The position numbers and the translations under genes are program-made. The notes beneath the pieces were generated by a model, which was given only the letters and a program-made list of their open reading frames with translations, did not search any database and was not told the DNA's origin. From a virus, in the IMG/VR virus record IMGVR_UViG_3300043783_000034, positions 9,922 through 73,921 of that record: 64,000 nucleotides of DNA; one strand, written 5' to 3'. Below, one piece after another: positions 47,087 through 56,636 of this stretch (positions within the stretch are counted from its first letter, which is position 1; every line of letters starts with the position of its first letter).

Positions 47087-47245
47087 TCATGACGGCTCCG
47101 CAGTGCGCAGTTCGCGCCTGCGGTCCAGTTCGTCCCGGCATGCAGTGCACATCAGTCCCCATGTGATCGGAGCGTCGCAGAGATTGCAGAGGCGGGAAGG
47201 AGCCCGGAATGGGGGGCCGTTCAAATGATCTTCGATGCGCTTCAT
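47087..47245 (-). CDS. small Zn-finger protein
   Basis: CNLC...CTAC; GGAAAGG RBS. Confidence 0.5.
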   Translation of the reverse strand: MKRIEDHLNGPPFRAPSRLCNLCDAPITWGLMCTACRDELDRRRELRTAEPS

Positions 47246-47294
47246 GGTTAATGCCTTTCCGTGATCGCCCCAATGGCGGTGATGATGATGGCGG

Positions 47295-48173
47295 TCAGCA
47301 TGGGTTACCCGATTGCTTCGATGCTGGCGGCGATGAACTCTGCCGCGATTTGCGGGACGATCGCGTTGCCGTAGGCGCGCAAGCGTCCCACTCGACCGGG
47401 TATCCTTGAAGCCAGCGGGAATGTGCCGGGTTCAACTGGCCGCGCTTTTCCGTCGGTGCAGGGGAGCCATTCGCAATCGCTCCAGGCGCTTGCCGCCCGA
47501 GAGGGGACGTTGGTGTCGCCCAGGCCGCCATTTGAGTGAGCGACGATCCGCTCATCGCCGATGTAATGGTGCCTCCCCGCTCGCCGTCCGTCGCGGACGG
47601 AGTCGTCCATGCCGCTGGCAGCGCTACAAGGGCCGCTGCCCGTGCCATATTCGCGCCGCAAGCATTCGCCGCTGCTGGCGTCGTCCAGGCTTTGAGCGAC
47701 GAACCACAGTCGCTGTCGGATATGGGGCGCGCCGATGCCACAAGCCGGCAGTGCGGCCGCCCCCGTGGCGTAACCTTCGCCTTCCAAGTCAGCGCAAACA
47801 GCGTCGAGCCAGCCCTGTTCAATCGCTGCCGCAACCTGTTCGCCAAAGAGGATTGGAGGGCGGCACTCGCGGATGAGACGGAACCAATGCGGCCATAGGT
47901 GCCGGCGGTCGGCGCCACCTTGTCTTTTGCCTGCGGCCGAGAAGGGTTGGCAGGGGCAAGAGCCTGTCCAAACAGGTCGATCGTCGGGGATTCCTGCGAG
48001 CCTGCATGCAAGTGCCCAGCCCGCAATCCCGGCGAAGAAATGGCATTGGGCATAGCCTCGGAGATCGGCGGCGCGGACATCAACGATGCTGCGCTCATCA
48101 ACGTCGCCGGGCGCGATGTGTCCGGCTGCGATGAGGTTGCGGAGCCATTGAGCGGCATATCGGTCGTTTTCAT
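47295..48173 (-). CDS. nested alternative-frame polypeptide of the C5 methyltransferase (motif IX/TRD)
   Basis: Open frame overlapping almost the whole MTase gene; W(T/A)TP repeats and [17 protein letters not shown]; true start uncertain. Confidence 0.65.
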   Translation of the reverse strand: MKTTDMPLNGSATSSQPDTSRPATLMSAASLMSAPPISEAMPNAISSPGLRAGHLHAGSQESPTIDLFGQALAPANPSRPQAKDKVAPTAGTYGRIGSVSSASAALQSSLANRLRQRLNRAGSTLFALTWKAKVTPRGRPHCRLVASARPISDSDCGSSLKAWTTPAAANACGANMARAAALVALPAAWTTPSATDGERGGTITSAMSGSSLTQMAAWATPTSPLGRQAPGAIANGSPAPTEKRGQLNPAHSRWLQGYPVEWDACAPTATRSSRKSRQSSSPPASKQSGNPC

Positions 48174-48189
48174 TGTAGTAGGCCGTCAT
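47305..48189 (-). CDS. C5-cytosine DNA methyltransferase, large polypeptide
   Basis: FFAGIAGW (I), SCPCQPFS (IV), EQV (VI), HIRQRLWFV (VIII), [10 protein letters not shown] (X). Confidence 0.9.
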   Translation of the reverse strand: MTAYYNENDRYAAQWLRNLIAAGHIAPGDVDERSIVDVRAADLRGYAQCHFFAGIAGWALACRLAGIPDDRPVWTGSCPCQPFSAAGKRQGGADRRHLWPHWFRLIRECRPPILFGEQVAAAIEQGWLDAVCADLEGEGYATGAAALPACGIGAPHIRQRLWFVAQSLDDASSGECLRREYGTGSGPCSAASGMDDSVRDGRRAGRHHYIGDERIVAHSNGGLGDTNVPSRAASAWSDCEWLPCTDGKARPVEPGTFPLASRIPGRVGRLRAYGNAIVPQIAAEFIAASIEAIG

Positions 48190-48209
48190 CCCTTTGGCGC
48201 GCGCATGGG

Positions 48210-48950
48210 TCAGCGGCCCTCTGCCGTGTCGCGTGCTGGCGGGAATGTTACCTCGCAGCCTTCCCAGTGGAAGCTTTTGTGCGCCTCGGCCATGTCGGTG
48301 ACAAAGAGACCGCGAGCCGTTTCAAGCACGTCCACTGACCACGCGCCGCCGCAGGCTTCGCCGGCACGCGACGCTAGCGAGAGCACGCGGCCAATGTCGT
48401 CCTCGCGACACAGGTTCTCGTAAACCGACTCGTTCGCGCCGCCCCTGATCAACGCCTCGCGGGGCCAATAGGGATGATGGCAGAGCACTTTTGGCCCATC
48501 CACGAACACCCGAAACTCGCGGCATACCGGCATGTCGCCGTAGGATGGACAGACGGTCAGCGGCTGGATCGGCAAAAACTCGCGAATGGCCCAGCGTTCA
48601 TACGGGAGACCGATGATGGACGCGCACTCGCAATATTCGACGATCGCGATTATATGGCTTTCGACCTTTTCAGGATCGCCGACGAAACACGAGCGCTTCC
48701 AGGAATGCTTTGCGGACGTGTGATCGGTCCGAAGGAAGAATGGCGCGCCAAACTCGCTGGCTTCGCGCCTGATGGTTTGAGCAAAACGTTTCAGCCCAAT
48801 GCTTCCGTCCGGGCCGTCTTTGCCATCGAATGCGGCGAAGATGTCCTCCAGAGCCGCAGACGTAATCTCCACGATCTTCGTGCGCGGCACCGGCAGGTCG
48901 GCGGCAGCGATCCGGGGAAACCAGTAGGATAGTGCTGTGCGGTCGCTCAT
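48210..48950 (-). CDS. ATP-grasp-fold protein
   Basis: FFLRTD..SAKH, IREFL, REFRVFV, WSVDVL...VTDM. Confidence 0.62.
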   Translation of the reverse strand: MSDRTALSYWFPRIAAADLPVPRTKIVEITSAALEDIFAAFDGKDGPDGSIGLKRFAQTIRREASEFGAPFFLRTDHTSAKHSWKRSCFVGDPEKVESHIIAIVEYCECASIIGLPYERWAIREFLPIQPLTVCPSYGDMPVCREFRVFVDGPKVLCHHPYWPREALIRGGANESVYENLCREDDIGRVLSLASRAGEACGGAWSVDVLETARGLFVTDMAEAHKSFHWEGCEVTFPPARDTAEGR

Positions 48951-48953
48951 GGC

Positions 48954-49313
48954 CTAGTCCGTGTCGCGTGCTGGCGGGGGAGGAAGGGGCTGCCAGTGGG
49001 TAACGGGAATATCAATGGGAGCGGCGCTTTCGCCCATATCCATCAACCAGTCCTCATTGCCCATGGTGTCCCAGCGGCCGAACACGATTTCGAGAATACG
49101 CGAGCCCGGCACGAACAACAGAACAAGCGTCCCATCCTTCGGCGCGCTCTCGATCGTCCGCCACTCCCGCTCGCGCTTCTCGGCTTCCAGTTCGGCGACG
49201 CGGGTGCGGAGGTGGGTGATTTCGTCGATGATTTCCTGGAAAATTGGCCCATACGTATAGGGGTCAAGATGATGTCGGACCAAGTAGTGCAATCGCTCAA
49301 CGATGTCGCTCAT
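48954..49313 (-). CDS. DUF551-like protein
   Basis: WRTIESAPKDGT...VTHWQPLPPPP. Confidence 0.75.
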   Translation of the reverse strand: MSDIVERLHYLVRHHLDPYTYGPIFQEIIDEITHLRTRVAELEAEKREREWRTIESAPKDGTLVLLFVPGSRILEIVFGRWDTMGNEDWLMDMGESAAPIDIPVTHWQPLPPPPARDTD

Positions 49314-49468
49314 GGCTTCTCAACGCTTGGTACGTGTCAGAAGGAACAACAAGAGAAAAACGAACAACGTGCCGAAAAAGGCTGCGGCTTTGCTGAGAGT
49401 CGGACAGGTCGCGCTATCGCTGTTGCTACAGAATGGGTCGATACCCGCCATGATAATGTCAGGGCCGC

Positions 49469-50281
49469 TCATGGCTTCTCTCCGAGGGCGGCACGGGCTC
49501 GATGCTGGATAGTTCTAATCGTATGGCCTAAGCTTTCGCTGTCGTTTACGGTCAAAAGCGACATCACGCGCCACTCGATCTCAACAAGCACCTCTCTCAG
49601 CCTCTCGACCTGCGCTCGCAGCGCGTCGCGTTCGACCTCGATCTTTTCGGTCTCATCATAGTCCGCTTCCATTTGTGTGTTCTGCTGCTGGATTTTCGCC
49701 AAGTCGGCTTCGTGCTTTGCCCGCAGCGCGTCGCGTTCGGCGAGAAGGGCGGGGGCGGCGGCAATCAGGCGGGCGTTAGCGATAGAATCGGGCGTTGGCT
49801 GACTGCCAGGAGAGCAATCGCAAATAACACCGCGTCCTGGACCCTGTGGTCCCCAAACGCAGTCGGCGTACTCAGGACCGTAAGTGTGCCTAATGCCGTT
49901 TTTAATGACTAGTTCGCCTCCGTTATCAAATTGCTGCCACGGACCCTGCGTGTGCCCGTCGAACTGCGCCCCCGCCACGGATGACGGGGGCGGCGTTTTA
50001 TTCCCCAATCCCGGTTGGGTCGAGGTATCTTGCGATGCGGATATCCTGTCTCCGGGTCTATGCTGCATCACCTCCTCTCGGTTGGGTGCGTTGTCAGCGC
50101 GGGCGCGACGGGCGGCGAGAAGAGCGGCGCGGGCTTGCACTCGGTACTTTTCTCTAATCTCCGGAAAGGCGAAGTCATAAGCCGGAGGCGGGCGACTAAC
50201 ATTCGAATATGACGACGTATGTAGATCATAGAGGGCCTTCGCCGCCGCTTCGACTTCCGCCGGGGTTATGTCGTCGGTCAT
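49469..50281 (-). CDS. mosaic hypothetical phage protein
   Basis: HTQGPW...ANARLIAAAP motif plus coiled coil. Confidence 0.65.
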   Translation of the reverse strand: MTDDITPAEVEAAAKALYDLHTSSYSNVSRPPPAYDFAFPEIREKYRVQARAALLAARRARADNAPNREEVMQHRPGDRISASQDTSTQPGLGNKTPPPSSVAGAQFDGHTQGPWQQFDNGGELVIKNGIRHTYGPEYADCVWGPQGPGRGVICDCSPGSQPTPDSIANARLIAAAPALLAERDALRAKHEADLAKIQQQNTQMEADYDETEKIEVERDALRAQVERLREVLVEIEWRVMSLLTVNDSESLGHTIRTIQHRARAALGEKP

Positions 50282-51693
50282 TGTGCGACCTTCGCCTGCG
50301 CGTCGGCGACCGCCTTGCGGCAGGCATCAAGTTCGGCGGTCGTCATGGCCTCGCCGAGCGCTGCGCGGATGTCCCGCTGCGGCGGCCCCTTGAACCACTC
50401 TTGGATGGCAGTCGGGCTGGCGCCCTCGATTGCGAGCCGCGCGACTTTCTCGCGGACATAGGCCAGATAGTCCTCGCCGGTTTTCTGCTCCGGATCGGGG
50501 AACTCGGTCGCCGAGCCCGGCTTCTTGCCGTCGCCCCCGGCCAGAGGAAGGCCGCCAGTGGCTTGAGCAGGCGGGGGGGCTGCGTGGGTAGCCCCCAGCG
50601 CATCGGACGCATGGGTGGCCTGTTTCTGGGCCGTGGTGCCCCCATTGCCACCAAGCGTAGTCTTGGCTGCTTGCGTGGCCGGTTCGCGCTGATGGTCCGC
50701 CGCTGGCTCGCCTTGGGGAATGGGGCGGTCGGCGGCGGTGGTTCCGGCAGCATCGGCGGGGGAAGCGGATGTGGCCGGTTTCGAACCTTCGACTTGGTGG
50801 GGATGGGCGCCCTGCTGCTCGCTGCCGTCGTCGCCGAGTGGATTGTCGACCCGGTCAAAGGCGCCCGATGTCATGAAGCGCGGGTCGAATAGTTCGTCGG
50901 CGGTGACGACTTCATCTTTCAGCTGCTCATACATGCCGCGCAGCATGACCATGTGGTCGAGCGTGATTTCCTTCTCGTCGCGAATGCCGAGCGCAGCGAA
51001 GATTTTCTGCGGCGTGACGCCGAAATTAGCGAAGGTGGCAATCATCTTGGCGCGCCGCTCGGGCAGCGTTGCCGTCGTTCCGCGGACGATGACCAGTGCT
51101 TCCTCGTAGATCGGGCGCCAAATCACGTCCGACACGCCTTTGAAGATCGCATTGCGCTGCGCGATCGACGTCGCCGCCTGGATCGTGACGGCGATCATGT
51201 CGTCGCTGTAAATAAGGCCATTCTTGCCGCTGATCCTGCGGGTGACTGTTGCCGATGACGTACGATTAGTCTGCAAGTCGCGGAACATGCCTTCGCAGAC
51301 CACGACCTTATTCGTCCGATCAGTGTGCACCCACCAGCCGCGATCAATGCAGTTTCCCCAGGCCGTGGCGGTGATGGTGGCGAGGCCAATCGACGGGCCG
51401 ATGATTGCCTTGTCTTTGCGCGGCAGCGCGTAGACGCACCGATTCGCGGACGCATCGGTGAACAGCGCCATCTGCCGGATTTGGTCCTGCACGACCGCCA
51501 TGCGGCGCGGATGCCGCAAGGCATGTTCCATCGAGACGTCAAGCTCCATGCGCAGCACGCCAACGTCAAGAGCGGACTTGTGGAGCGCATCGAGCGGGCC
51601 CTCGATCTCCTGGCGGGCTGGGGCACGCACGCTGTTCGTGGGCTGGCGCTCCTGCTGCTGATCGTTGCCGGGCGCATTCGGGTGGTCGTTCAT
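50278..51693 (-). CDS. putative single-strand annealing/recombination protein
   Basis: YALPR...IIGPSI.LA....WGN, DLQTN, SIAQRNAIF core plus a disordered C-terminus; GGAGGA RBS. Confidence 0.5.
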   Translation of the reverse strand: MNDHPNAPGNDQQQERQPTNSVRAPARQEIEGPLDALHKSALDVGVLRMELDVSMEHALRHPRRMAVVQDQIRQMALFTDASANRCVYALPRKDKAIIGPSIGLATITATAWGNCIDRGWWVHTDRTNKVVVCEGMFRDLQTNRTSSATVTRRISGKNGLIYSDDMIAVTIQAATSIAQRNAIFKGVSDVIWRPIYEEALVIVRGTTATLPERRAKMIATFANFGVTPQKIFAALGIRDEKEITLDHMVMLRGMYEQLKDEVVTADELFDPRFMTSGAFDRVDNPLGDDGSEQQGAHPHQVEGSKPATSASPADAAGTTAADRPIPQGEPAADHQREPATQAAKTTLGGNGGTTAQKQATHASDALGATHAAPPPAQATGGLPLAGGDGKKPGSATEFPDPEQKTGEDYLAYVREKVARLAIEGASPTAIQEWFKGPPQRDIRAALGEAMTTAELDACRKAVADAQAKVAQ

Positions 51694-51778
51694 GGTCGGA
51701 ATCCTCCAATCGGGTATCAGTCGGTCGGTTATTTGGCGCGCGGTTCAGGCACGGCGTCAACCGTGAAAATAGGACGTA

Positions 51779-51810
51779 TTGACATATAGGTCGTACTGTC
51801 CTATATTGTC
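51779..51810 (+). promoter_or_regulatory. sigma70 promoter with overlapping palindromic operator
   Basis: TTGACA-N17-TATATT; ATATAGG-N9-CCTATAT inverted repeat across the spacer and -10. Confidence 0.75.
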
Positions 51811-51872
51811 CATCGTCAGGTCGAGATGGACTTGAACCCCGCGCCTCGGGGCATCAGGGGCGAGGAACGAAA

Positions 51873-52118
51873 ATGACCAATCATCCGAACCGCAGCGCTC
51901 GTCCGATCCGCAGCACTCCGCGCAATGCGTTTCCCGGCGATCCCGTACGGATCATGCAAGGCGCTCGTCGGGACACGGCATGCAACCTGTGGCCGCACGG
52001 AACCGAATTCAAGCCGCAGACCTACGGGGCAAACAACGTGCGAGGCCGAGTAGTGCAAGTCGTGTCAATTGGCGGGCGAGACGTCGAATTTCTGTGCGGA
52101 GAGATTGGCATCGCCTAA
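51873..52118 (+). CDS. hypothetical moron protein
   Basis: GAGGA RBS; MTNHPNRS start. Confidence 0.65.
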   Translation: MTNHPNRSARPIRSTPRNAFPGDPVRIMQGARRDTACNLWPHGTEFKPQTYGANNVRGRVVQVVSIGGRDVEFLCGEIGIA

Positions 52119-52119
52119 A

Positions 52120-52317
52120 ATGACCGTTTCCGAATTCAACTCGATCCTCGCGCGCCTCGATCTTTCCCAGGTCGGGGCCGCGAAACTGCTGGGGGTTACA
52201 GATCGGCAGGCGCGTCGCTATGCGGCTGGCGATTCCGACATCCCGCAAGCAGCGGCCAAACTTCTGCGGCTGCTTGCGCGTGGCGCTCTGACGGTCGAGC
52301 AGATTCAGCGTGCCTGA
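52120..52317 (+). CDS. small HTH regulator
   Basis: LDLSQVGAAKLLGVTDRQARRY..G...IP. Confidence 0.78.
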   Translation: MTVSEFNSILARLDLSQVGAAKLLGVTDRQARRYAAGDSDIPQAAAKLLRLLARGALTVEQIQRA

Positions 52318-52564
52318 TCTCACAGCTCTTCGGTTCCCTTCCTAGGCAGTCATAGCTGCTGAAATACCCAAAGCGAAATCTAGATGTTCCAGGTCGGCTT
52401 TCTGCCCCGGTTGCTCGATCGTGTTTCGCTAGAGCGTCCGGACCGCTCGTCTGACAGCACGCGGGCAGTCGTCAGCGGACTTTCCCCGTCTCTCCGTGAG
52501 TGTTCGCATCGGGAATGGTTACCCTAGCGGCCGAATCGTTCCATCTAGACTTCGCTTTGGCTCC

Positions 52565-52816
52565 CTATTTGCTGGCGTCCAGTTCGTAACGAAACCGCCC
52601 GAGCGGCGTGAGTTCGAACAGCCCGCTCGCTTCCGCGATCTTGGTGTGGGTCGCGTAGCCTGCCTCCACGCATCGCTGGAGACAGCAAAGTGCGGCCGCT
52701 GAATTGCTCAAGGCTTCGGACCCACCATCGAGCTCTAACGTCACGACCATGCGACCCCCGCGCGCCGCTAGGCCCTTGAGGGCGACACGTTGGGCTTCGG
52801 TCAGCGGATCGTCCAT
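52565..52816 (-). CDS. winged-helix-like protein
   Basis: LTEAQR.AL...FELTPLGR; AAGGAG RBS. Confidence 0.55.
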   Translation of the reverse strand: MDDPLTEAQRVALKGLAARGGRMVVTLELDGGSEALSNSAAALCCLQRCVEAGYATHTKIAEASGLFELTPLGRFRYELDASK

Positions 52817-52832
52817 GGCGGAAGCTCCTTCG

Positions 52833-53117
52833 CTAGAGACTAGCTTCCGCAATGATATCGGGCTGCTGGCTGCACCATTCGCACCATCGCATGTGGATTG
52901 GTAGCGGCACGTGATACTCCCACCATTCGAATTTCCATCCGGTCGTGGGGTCGCGGTTTTCGCGAGAGACGCGCTCGATCAAACCTCGATCGAGAAGCGC
53001 CTTGAGCGTTCGATCCGAGAGCGTTCGACCCGAGGCATACGGCGGTTGATTGATCGCGATGCGCTCAAATGTTGCGATCTGCGCCTTGGTCATGCCCTTG
53101 CACGGGTGATCGGTCAT
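52833..53117 (-). CDS. hypothetical protein
   Basis: AAGGAG RBS; TLKALLDRGLIER. Confidence 0.6.
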   Translation of the reverse strand: MTDHPCKGMTKAQIATFERIAINQPPYASGRTLSDRTLKALLDRGLIERVSRENRDPTTGWKFEWWEYHVPLPIHMRWCEWCSQQPDIIAEASL

Positions 53118-53128
53118 CGGTTGGCTCC

Positions 53129-53581
53129 TTACGTAGAGGCTGGATCGAGATAGTCGCCAAGCACAACGGTAACGATGTTGTTGCGATGTGCGACGATGAA
53201 TGTGACGGCATCCTTGGTGTAGGCCACAGCGTCACCCTTCGCGCGGCAGATTGCATTATCACCATTCGCTTTTGCCTCAAGAGCTGTGTCGGCAATCTTT
53301 TTTCGCAGCGCATCCATGTCGAAGCCTTCAACCTTTTCGAGCCACCGCACGATGGCGTGATCGCTGACTTTTAGTTCCGGCTGTTCGCGTGAATGCAGGA
53401 TAGCGGTAATCGCATCGGATTCGACGCGAAGTTTATTAACGGTGGCGCCATGCACCTGCATTAGACTGCCGAGGTCCGCGCGGCGAGCGGCCAGGATGCT
53501 GCTAGGCTTATCCGCGAGAAAAGAAAACTCCGCGATGTTCACCATCTTCGGCAGTCGCCCGTTGCTCCGCTTCTTGCTCAT
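53129..53581 (-). CDS. hypothetical protein
   Basis: VSDHAIVRWLEKV motif; ATGA coupling. Confidence 0.6.
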   Translation of the reverse strand: MSKKRSNGRLPKMVNIAEFSFLADKPSSILAARRADLGSLMQVHGATVNKLRVESDAITAILHSREQPELKVSDHAIVRWLEKVEGFDMDALRKKIADTALEAKANGDNAICRAKGDAVAYTKDAVTFIVAHRNNIVTVVLGDYLDPAST

Positions 53582-53835
53582 CGGACCGATGCCACTTTGA
53601 CCAAAATGCGCCGCTTCGCCGAGACGGTATGCGTTGTTTTCATCACATGATAAATCGCGCCTTCGCCGCCTTCATTGTCGTTCCGGCAGCAATTTCTGGC
53701 GAAAACAATAGCCTCTTTCTCGGAAAAGAAAGTTTCCACTCTTGGGTCTTGCGTGGCGATGGCTTCGCCATCTTGCACGAGTAACACTAACCAGCGCTTT
53801 GTGCCGCCGTCATCGGCCTTTTGTTCTTCGGCCAT
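53578..53835 (-). CDS. hypothetical protein
   Basis: GGGAG RBS; coupled ORF. Confidence 0.55.
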   Translation of the reverse strand: MAEEQKADDGGTKRWLVLLVQDGEAIATQDPRVETFFSEKEAIVFARNCCRNDNEGGEGAIYHVMKTTHTVSAKRRILVKVASVR

Positions 53836-53854
53836 TCTAAATGCTCCCTTCATG

Positions 53855-54094
53855 CTAATCCAGAAATCCTTCCGACACGTCTGCCGGACTGAGGCGTGGC
53901 GCCGCCGGCGCGGCACTTTCTAGCTGGCCAGACTTTTGCAACACGTCGCGGAAGTAATTTTCGAGACCAATGGGGCGCAAGCCTTCCGAGCGTGGAAGAA
54001 ACTTAAGTGCGTCTTCAATCGCCCACTGCTCGACGGCCACGAAGCGCAGCCCCGACTTCGCCGCGTCAATGAGGTGTTCCTCGCGTTTGTTCAT
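53855..54094 (-). CDS. hypothetical protein
   Basis: GGGAG RBS. Confidence 0.5.
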   Translation of the reverse strand: MNKREEHLIDAAKSGLRFVAVEQWAIEDALKFLPRSEGLRPIGLENYFRDVLQKSGQLESAAPAAPRLSPADVSEGFLD

Positions 54095-54104
54095 CGGGCT
54101 CTCC

Positions 54105-54314
54105 CTACGTAGAGGCTTCGTCTTTGCGTCGGCGCTTCTCGCCTTTGCCGCCCAGCATCCTTTGCACCTCTTCCAATTCGCAATAGGCATTGCGAGCGAA
54201 AATCGTTCGATCGTCGTCCTTGCCGAATACCGCCTCGATATCGCGGGTCAGCAGAATGACCTTGTCGAGAAGCGCGAGCGCTCTTTTTTGGAGTTTCGCC
54301 TGCGACCTCGGCAT
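54105..54314 (-). CDS. hypothetical protein
   Basis: GGGAG RBS. Confidence 0.55.
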   Translation of the reverse strand: MPRSQAKLQKRALALLDKVILLTRDIEAVFGKDDDRTIFARNAYCELEEVQRMLGGKGEKRRRKDEAST

Positions 54315-54343
54315 TGCGGCGACTGCTCCCTAGATGCGATTCG

Positions 54344-54595
54344 TTAAGTGGTCCAATGATCGCCGAGCGTCGGCGATGGCATTGATTCTATGCGTCCATC
54401 GGAGATCGCTGGTCGGGGCAACTCCTGCCACGCGACGACCTTGGCAGTCTCTAACACGCCATTATTTACCCACGCATTGCCAAATGAATTCCACGCGCGA
54501 ATGCCGACCCAGACCATACCGCCGGGTTCTTTGAGCGTGACGAGTTTTCGGCAATCCCCTTCACCGCGCGGGGGGTCGAAATTCCAGCCCGTCAT
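54344..54595 (-). CDS. hypothetical protein (DUF551-like C-terminus)
   Basis: AGGAGG RBS; VVAWQELP. Confidence 0.6.
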   Translation of the reverse strand: MTGWNFDPPRGEGDCRKLVTLKEPGGMVWVGIRAWNSFGNAWVNNGVLETAKVVAWQELPRPAISDGRIESMPSPTLGDHWTT

Positions 54596-54605
54596 TAGTT
54601 CCTCC

Positions 54606-54809
54606 TTATCGGGTTACTCTGTCGGCGCGGCACTTTGAACGAATGCGCCGCGCATCTTCGTTGTCGCCGTAGTCACAATCCTTGCACCGGCTGCATACGT
54701 TGACCGGAACCGAACATCCGCACCAATCGCCACAGCCGGCATTGCATCCGCCAATGGATTGCCAGTCGTGGCCGCGCTCGCAGCCGACAAAGAGGAAATC
54801 GCGTGGCAT
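54606..54809 (-). CDS. small Cys-rich protein
   Basis: GCERGHDW..IGGCNAGC...CGCSVPV..CSRCKDCDYG. Confidence 0.65.
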   Translation of the reverse strand: MPRDFLFVGCERGHDWQSIGGCNAGCGDWCGCSVPVNVCSRCKDCDYGDNEDARRIRSKCRADRVTR

Positions 54810-54826
54810 CAGATGCTCCTTCGCTG

Positions 54827-55015
54827 TTACGCCCTCACGTCCCTTGTCGGCGTCGTCCGCACGATGCCGATAAAGAGACGCGCGAAGCTGATTCCGAACC
54901 ACCACCGGATCGGATGCTCGAAATAGCACTCCTGCTTTTGCTCGCCCCACGTGATCGTCCCACGATGAAAGCGGAAGCAACCGTCATGGTGAGGTGGCCC
55001 GTAATGCAGGTTCAA
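54827..55015 (-). CDS. hypothetical protein
   Basis: AAGGAG RBS; TTG start. Confidence 0.45.
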   Translation of the reverse strand: MNLHYGPPHHDGCFRFHRGTITWGEQKQECYFEHPIRWWFGISFARLFIGIVRTTPTRDVRA

Positions 55016-55034
55016 AACTGGCTCCTTCGCTGTT

Positions 55035-55232
55035 TCAGCCCTGAGTGTAATAGATGCCTTCCTCGCGGCGAGCTTCGCCATAGGTGCGACAGCAGTGCGG
55101 ACATGTCTTGGCGTCGGTATCCATGTCGCGGCAGATTTCGTCGGCCAACTCTCTCGTCGCCACGAGCGAGCCGCAGAGCGCACAGACTTTGTAGATTTCC
55201 GCATCATCGGGAACGGCTGCGCGCAACGCCAT
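55035..55232 (-). CDS. small Zn-finger protein
   Basis: CALC...CPHC; AAGGAG RBS. Confidence 0.6.
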   Translation of the reverse strand: MALRAAVPDDAEIYKVCALCGSLVATRELADEICRDMDTDAKTCPHCCRTYGEARREEGIYYTQG

Positions 55233-55241
55233 AATGGCTCC

Positions 55242-55427
55242 TTACGCGGTTTCGGATTCTGTCGGAACGGTTTCGGTGCGTTCCAAATCCCATCCCAAAT
55301 TCGTAGCGGCCGAATTGAGTACGAGCTTCGCATGCGGATCGTTCATTTCCTCGGCGCGCTTATGCAGCCAAGTGATTGCGAAGCGGATGCCGTCGCGTCT
55401 GCCGAGCTTGCGTTCGTGCGAGGCCAT
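55242..55427 (-). CDS. hypothetical protein
   Basis: GGAGG RBS. Confidence 0.6.
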   Translation of the reverse strand: MASHERKLGRRDGIRFAITWLHKRAEEMNDPHAKLVLNSAATNLGWDLERTETVPTESETA

Positions 55428-55439
55428 GGACTGCCCTCC

Positions 55440-55616
55440 CTAGATACCAATGGTCATGCGCTGAAACCATTCCGTGTTGGTATCGGCGCAGTATTTTCTG
55501 AACTGTTCTTCGCTCATGCCGTCAATGTCGAGACATTCGACCGTTTCACCGTCGATTTTTTTTTCGATTACATCGACGCCATAAGCCTTGCGTGGTAATT
55601 TAATTACATCAGCCAT
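55440..55616 (-). CDS. hypothetical protein (58 aa)
   Basis: AAGGAG RBS; MADVIKLP start. Confidence 0.5.
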   Translation of the reverse strand: MADVIKLPRKAYGVDVIEKKIDGETVECLDIDGMSEEQFRKYCADTNTEWFQRMTIGI

Positions 55617-55637
55617 ATTTGGCTCCTTCGCTGTTGA

Positions 55638-56159
55638 CTACGTATTCGCGAATATCTCGAGCTGCGGGCGATAACTTTCCCAGGCACGAGTAACCGCGCC
55701 GCTGCCAGGAAAGAGATCGACCATTTCGTCGCTTCGTTCCGCTCCTACAACCTCAAAAGCCCAATGGCACACGTCAGCAGGCTTAGCGCCCGTAAATCCT
55801 CGGCGCATGGTCATTGGCGCCTCGATCCAATCACGCTGCACAAAGCTTCCGGTGTAGTTTTCGGCCATGCGGCGCATTGGCTTGAAGATGATGGGTTCCC
55901 ATGCATAGGCTGGGCGTACCCCTTTTTTGAAAGCCGCGAATGATTTCACCCATGCACCCCACCGCACGCCCTCGATCTGACCGACCATCGCTGCAATGAT
56001 TGGAATGGCAACGCTGCTCGTGTGTAAAATCCAGCCGTCAAAATCTGCCTCAAGCTGTGCTATGAGTTTGGCATGATCGACCTCCCCGGCAAAATCCGGG
56101 TGATCCTTGTACAAATGTGCAAGGCCAGGATAAGGGGGATCAGCATATCCAAGTTTCAA
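55638..56159 (-). CDS. compact amino (N6A/N4C) DNA methyltransferase-like protein
   Basis: YADPPY catalytic motif N-terminal to DLFPGSG SAM motif (beta order); GAGGAG RBS, TTG start. Confidence 0.75.
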   Translation of the reverse strand: MKLGYADPPYPGLAHLYKDHPDFAGEVDHAKLIAQLEADFDGWILHTSSVAIPIIAAMVGQIEGVRWGAWVKSFAAFKKGVRPAYAWEPIIFKPMRRMAENYTGSFVQRDWIEAPMTMRRGFTGAKPADVCHWAFEVVGAERSDEMVDLFPGSGAVTRAWESYRPQLEIFANT

Positions 56160-56169
56160 GGACCGCTCC

Positions 56170-56421
56170 TCACCTAGAAAGCCTGATACGATTGTTTTTT
56201 CGAAGATCGCGATGAAAGTCTTTCTCACGATACGTCTTCGCTTCACGAATGAGACCGATGCAGTAAGGACAGTTGATCCGCCAGCCAATACCGACTGCGG
56301 TAGTCTTCTGTCCGACCTTGCTATCGTTGCCATCCATGCCACAGAGCGTCGCGTAATTGCCGTTGACGCCTTCCGCATGCACCTCAATTTTGCCGTCCTG
56401 CTCGATTGCGACGTACCGCAT
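56170..56421 (-). CDS. small Zn-binding protein
   Basis: TLCG...CPYC; AAGGAG RBS. Confidence 0.55.
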   Translation of the reverse strand: MRYVAIEQDGKIEVHAEGVNGNYATLCGMDGNDSKVGQKTTAVGIGWRINCPYCIGLIREAKTYREKDFHRDLRKNNRIRLSR

Positions 56422-56433
56422 GTCACACGCTCC

Positions 56434-56613
56434 TTATCGGGTTTGCAAAGCCTGTGCAGCCTCATCGGTTATGCAATGGCAGCAAACATCTTGACCCTTG
56501 TGTCTGGTCGCAGTGCCTTCGCGCTTTGTCACGCGACGAACATCGGCCGGAGATTTGGTGCTCCCGTCGATCGTGCGCCCACACCTGTCGCACACGAGAT
56601 TGTAGTCGATCAC
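56434..56613 (-). CDS. small Zn-finger protein (59 aa)
   Basis: CDRC...CCHC; AAGGAG RBS. Confidence 0.55.
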   Translation of the reverse strand: MIDYNLVCDRCGRTIDGSTKSPADVRRVTKREGTATRHKGQDVCCHCITDEAAQALQTR

Positions 56614-56636
56614 GGGCTTGGCTCCTTAGGTGAGAA

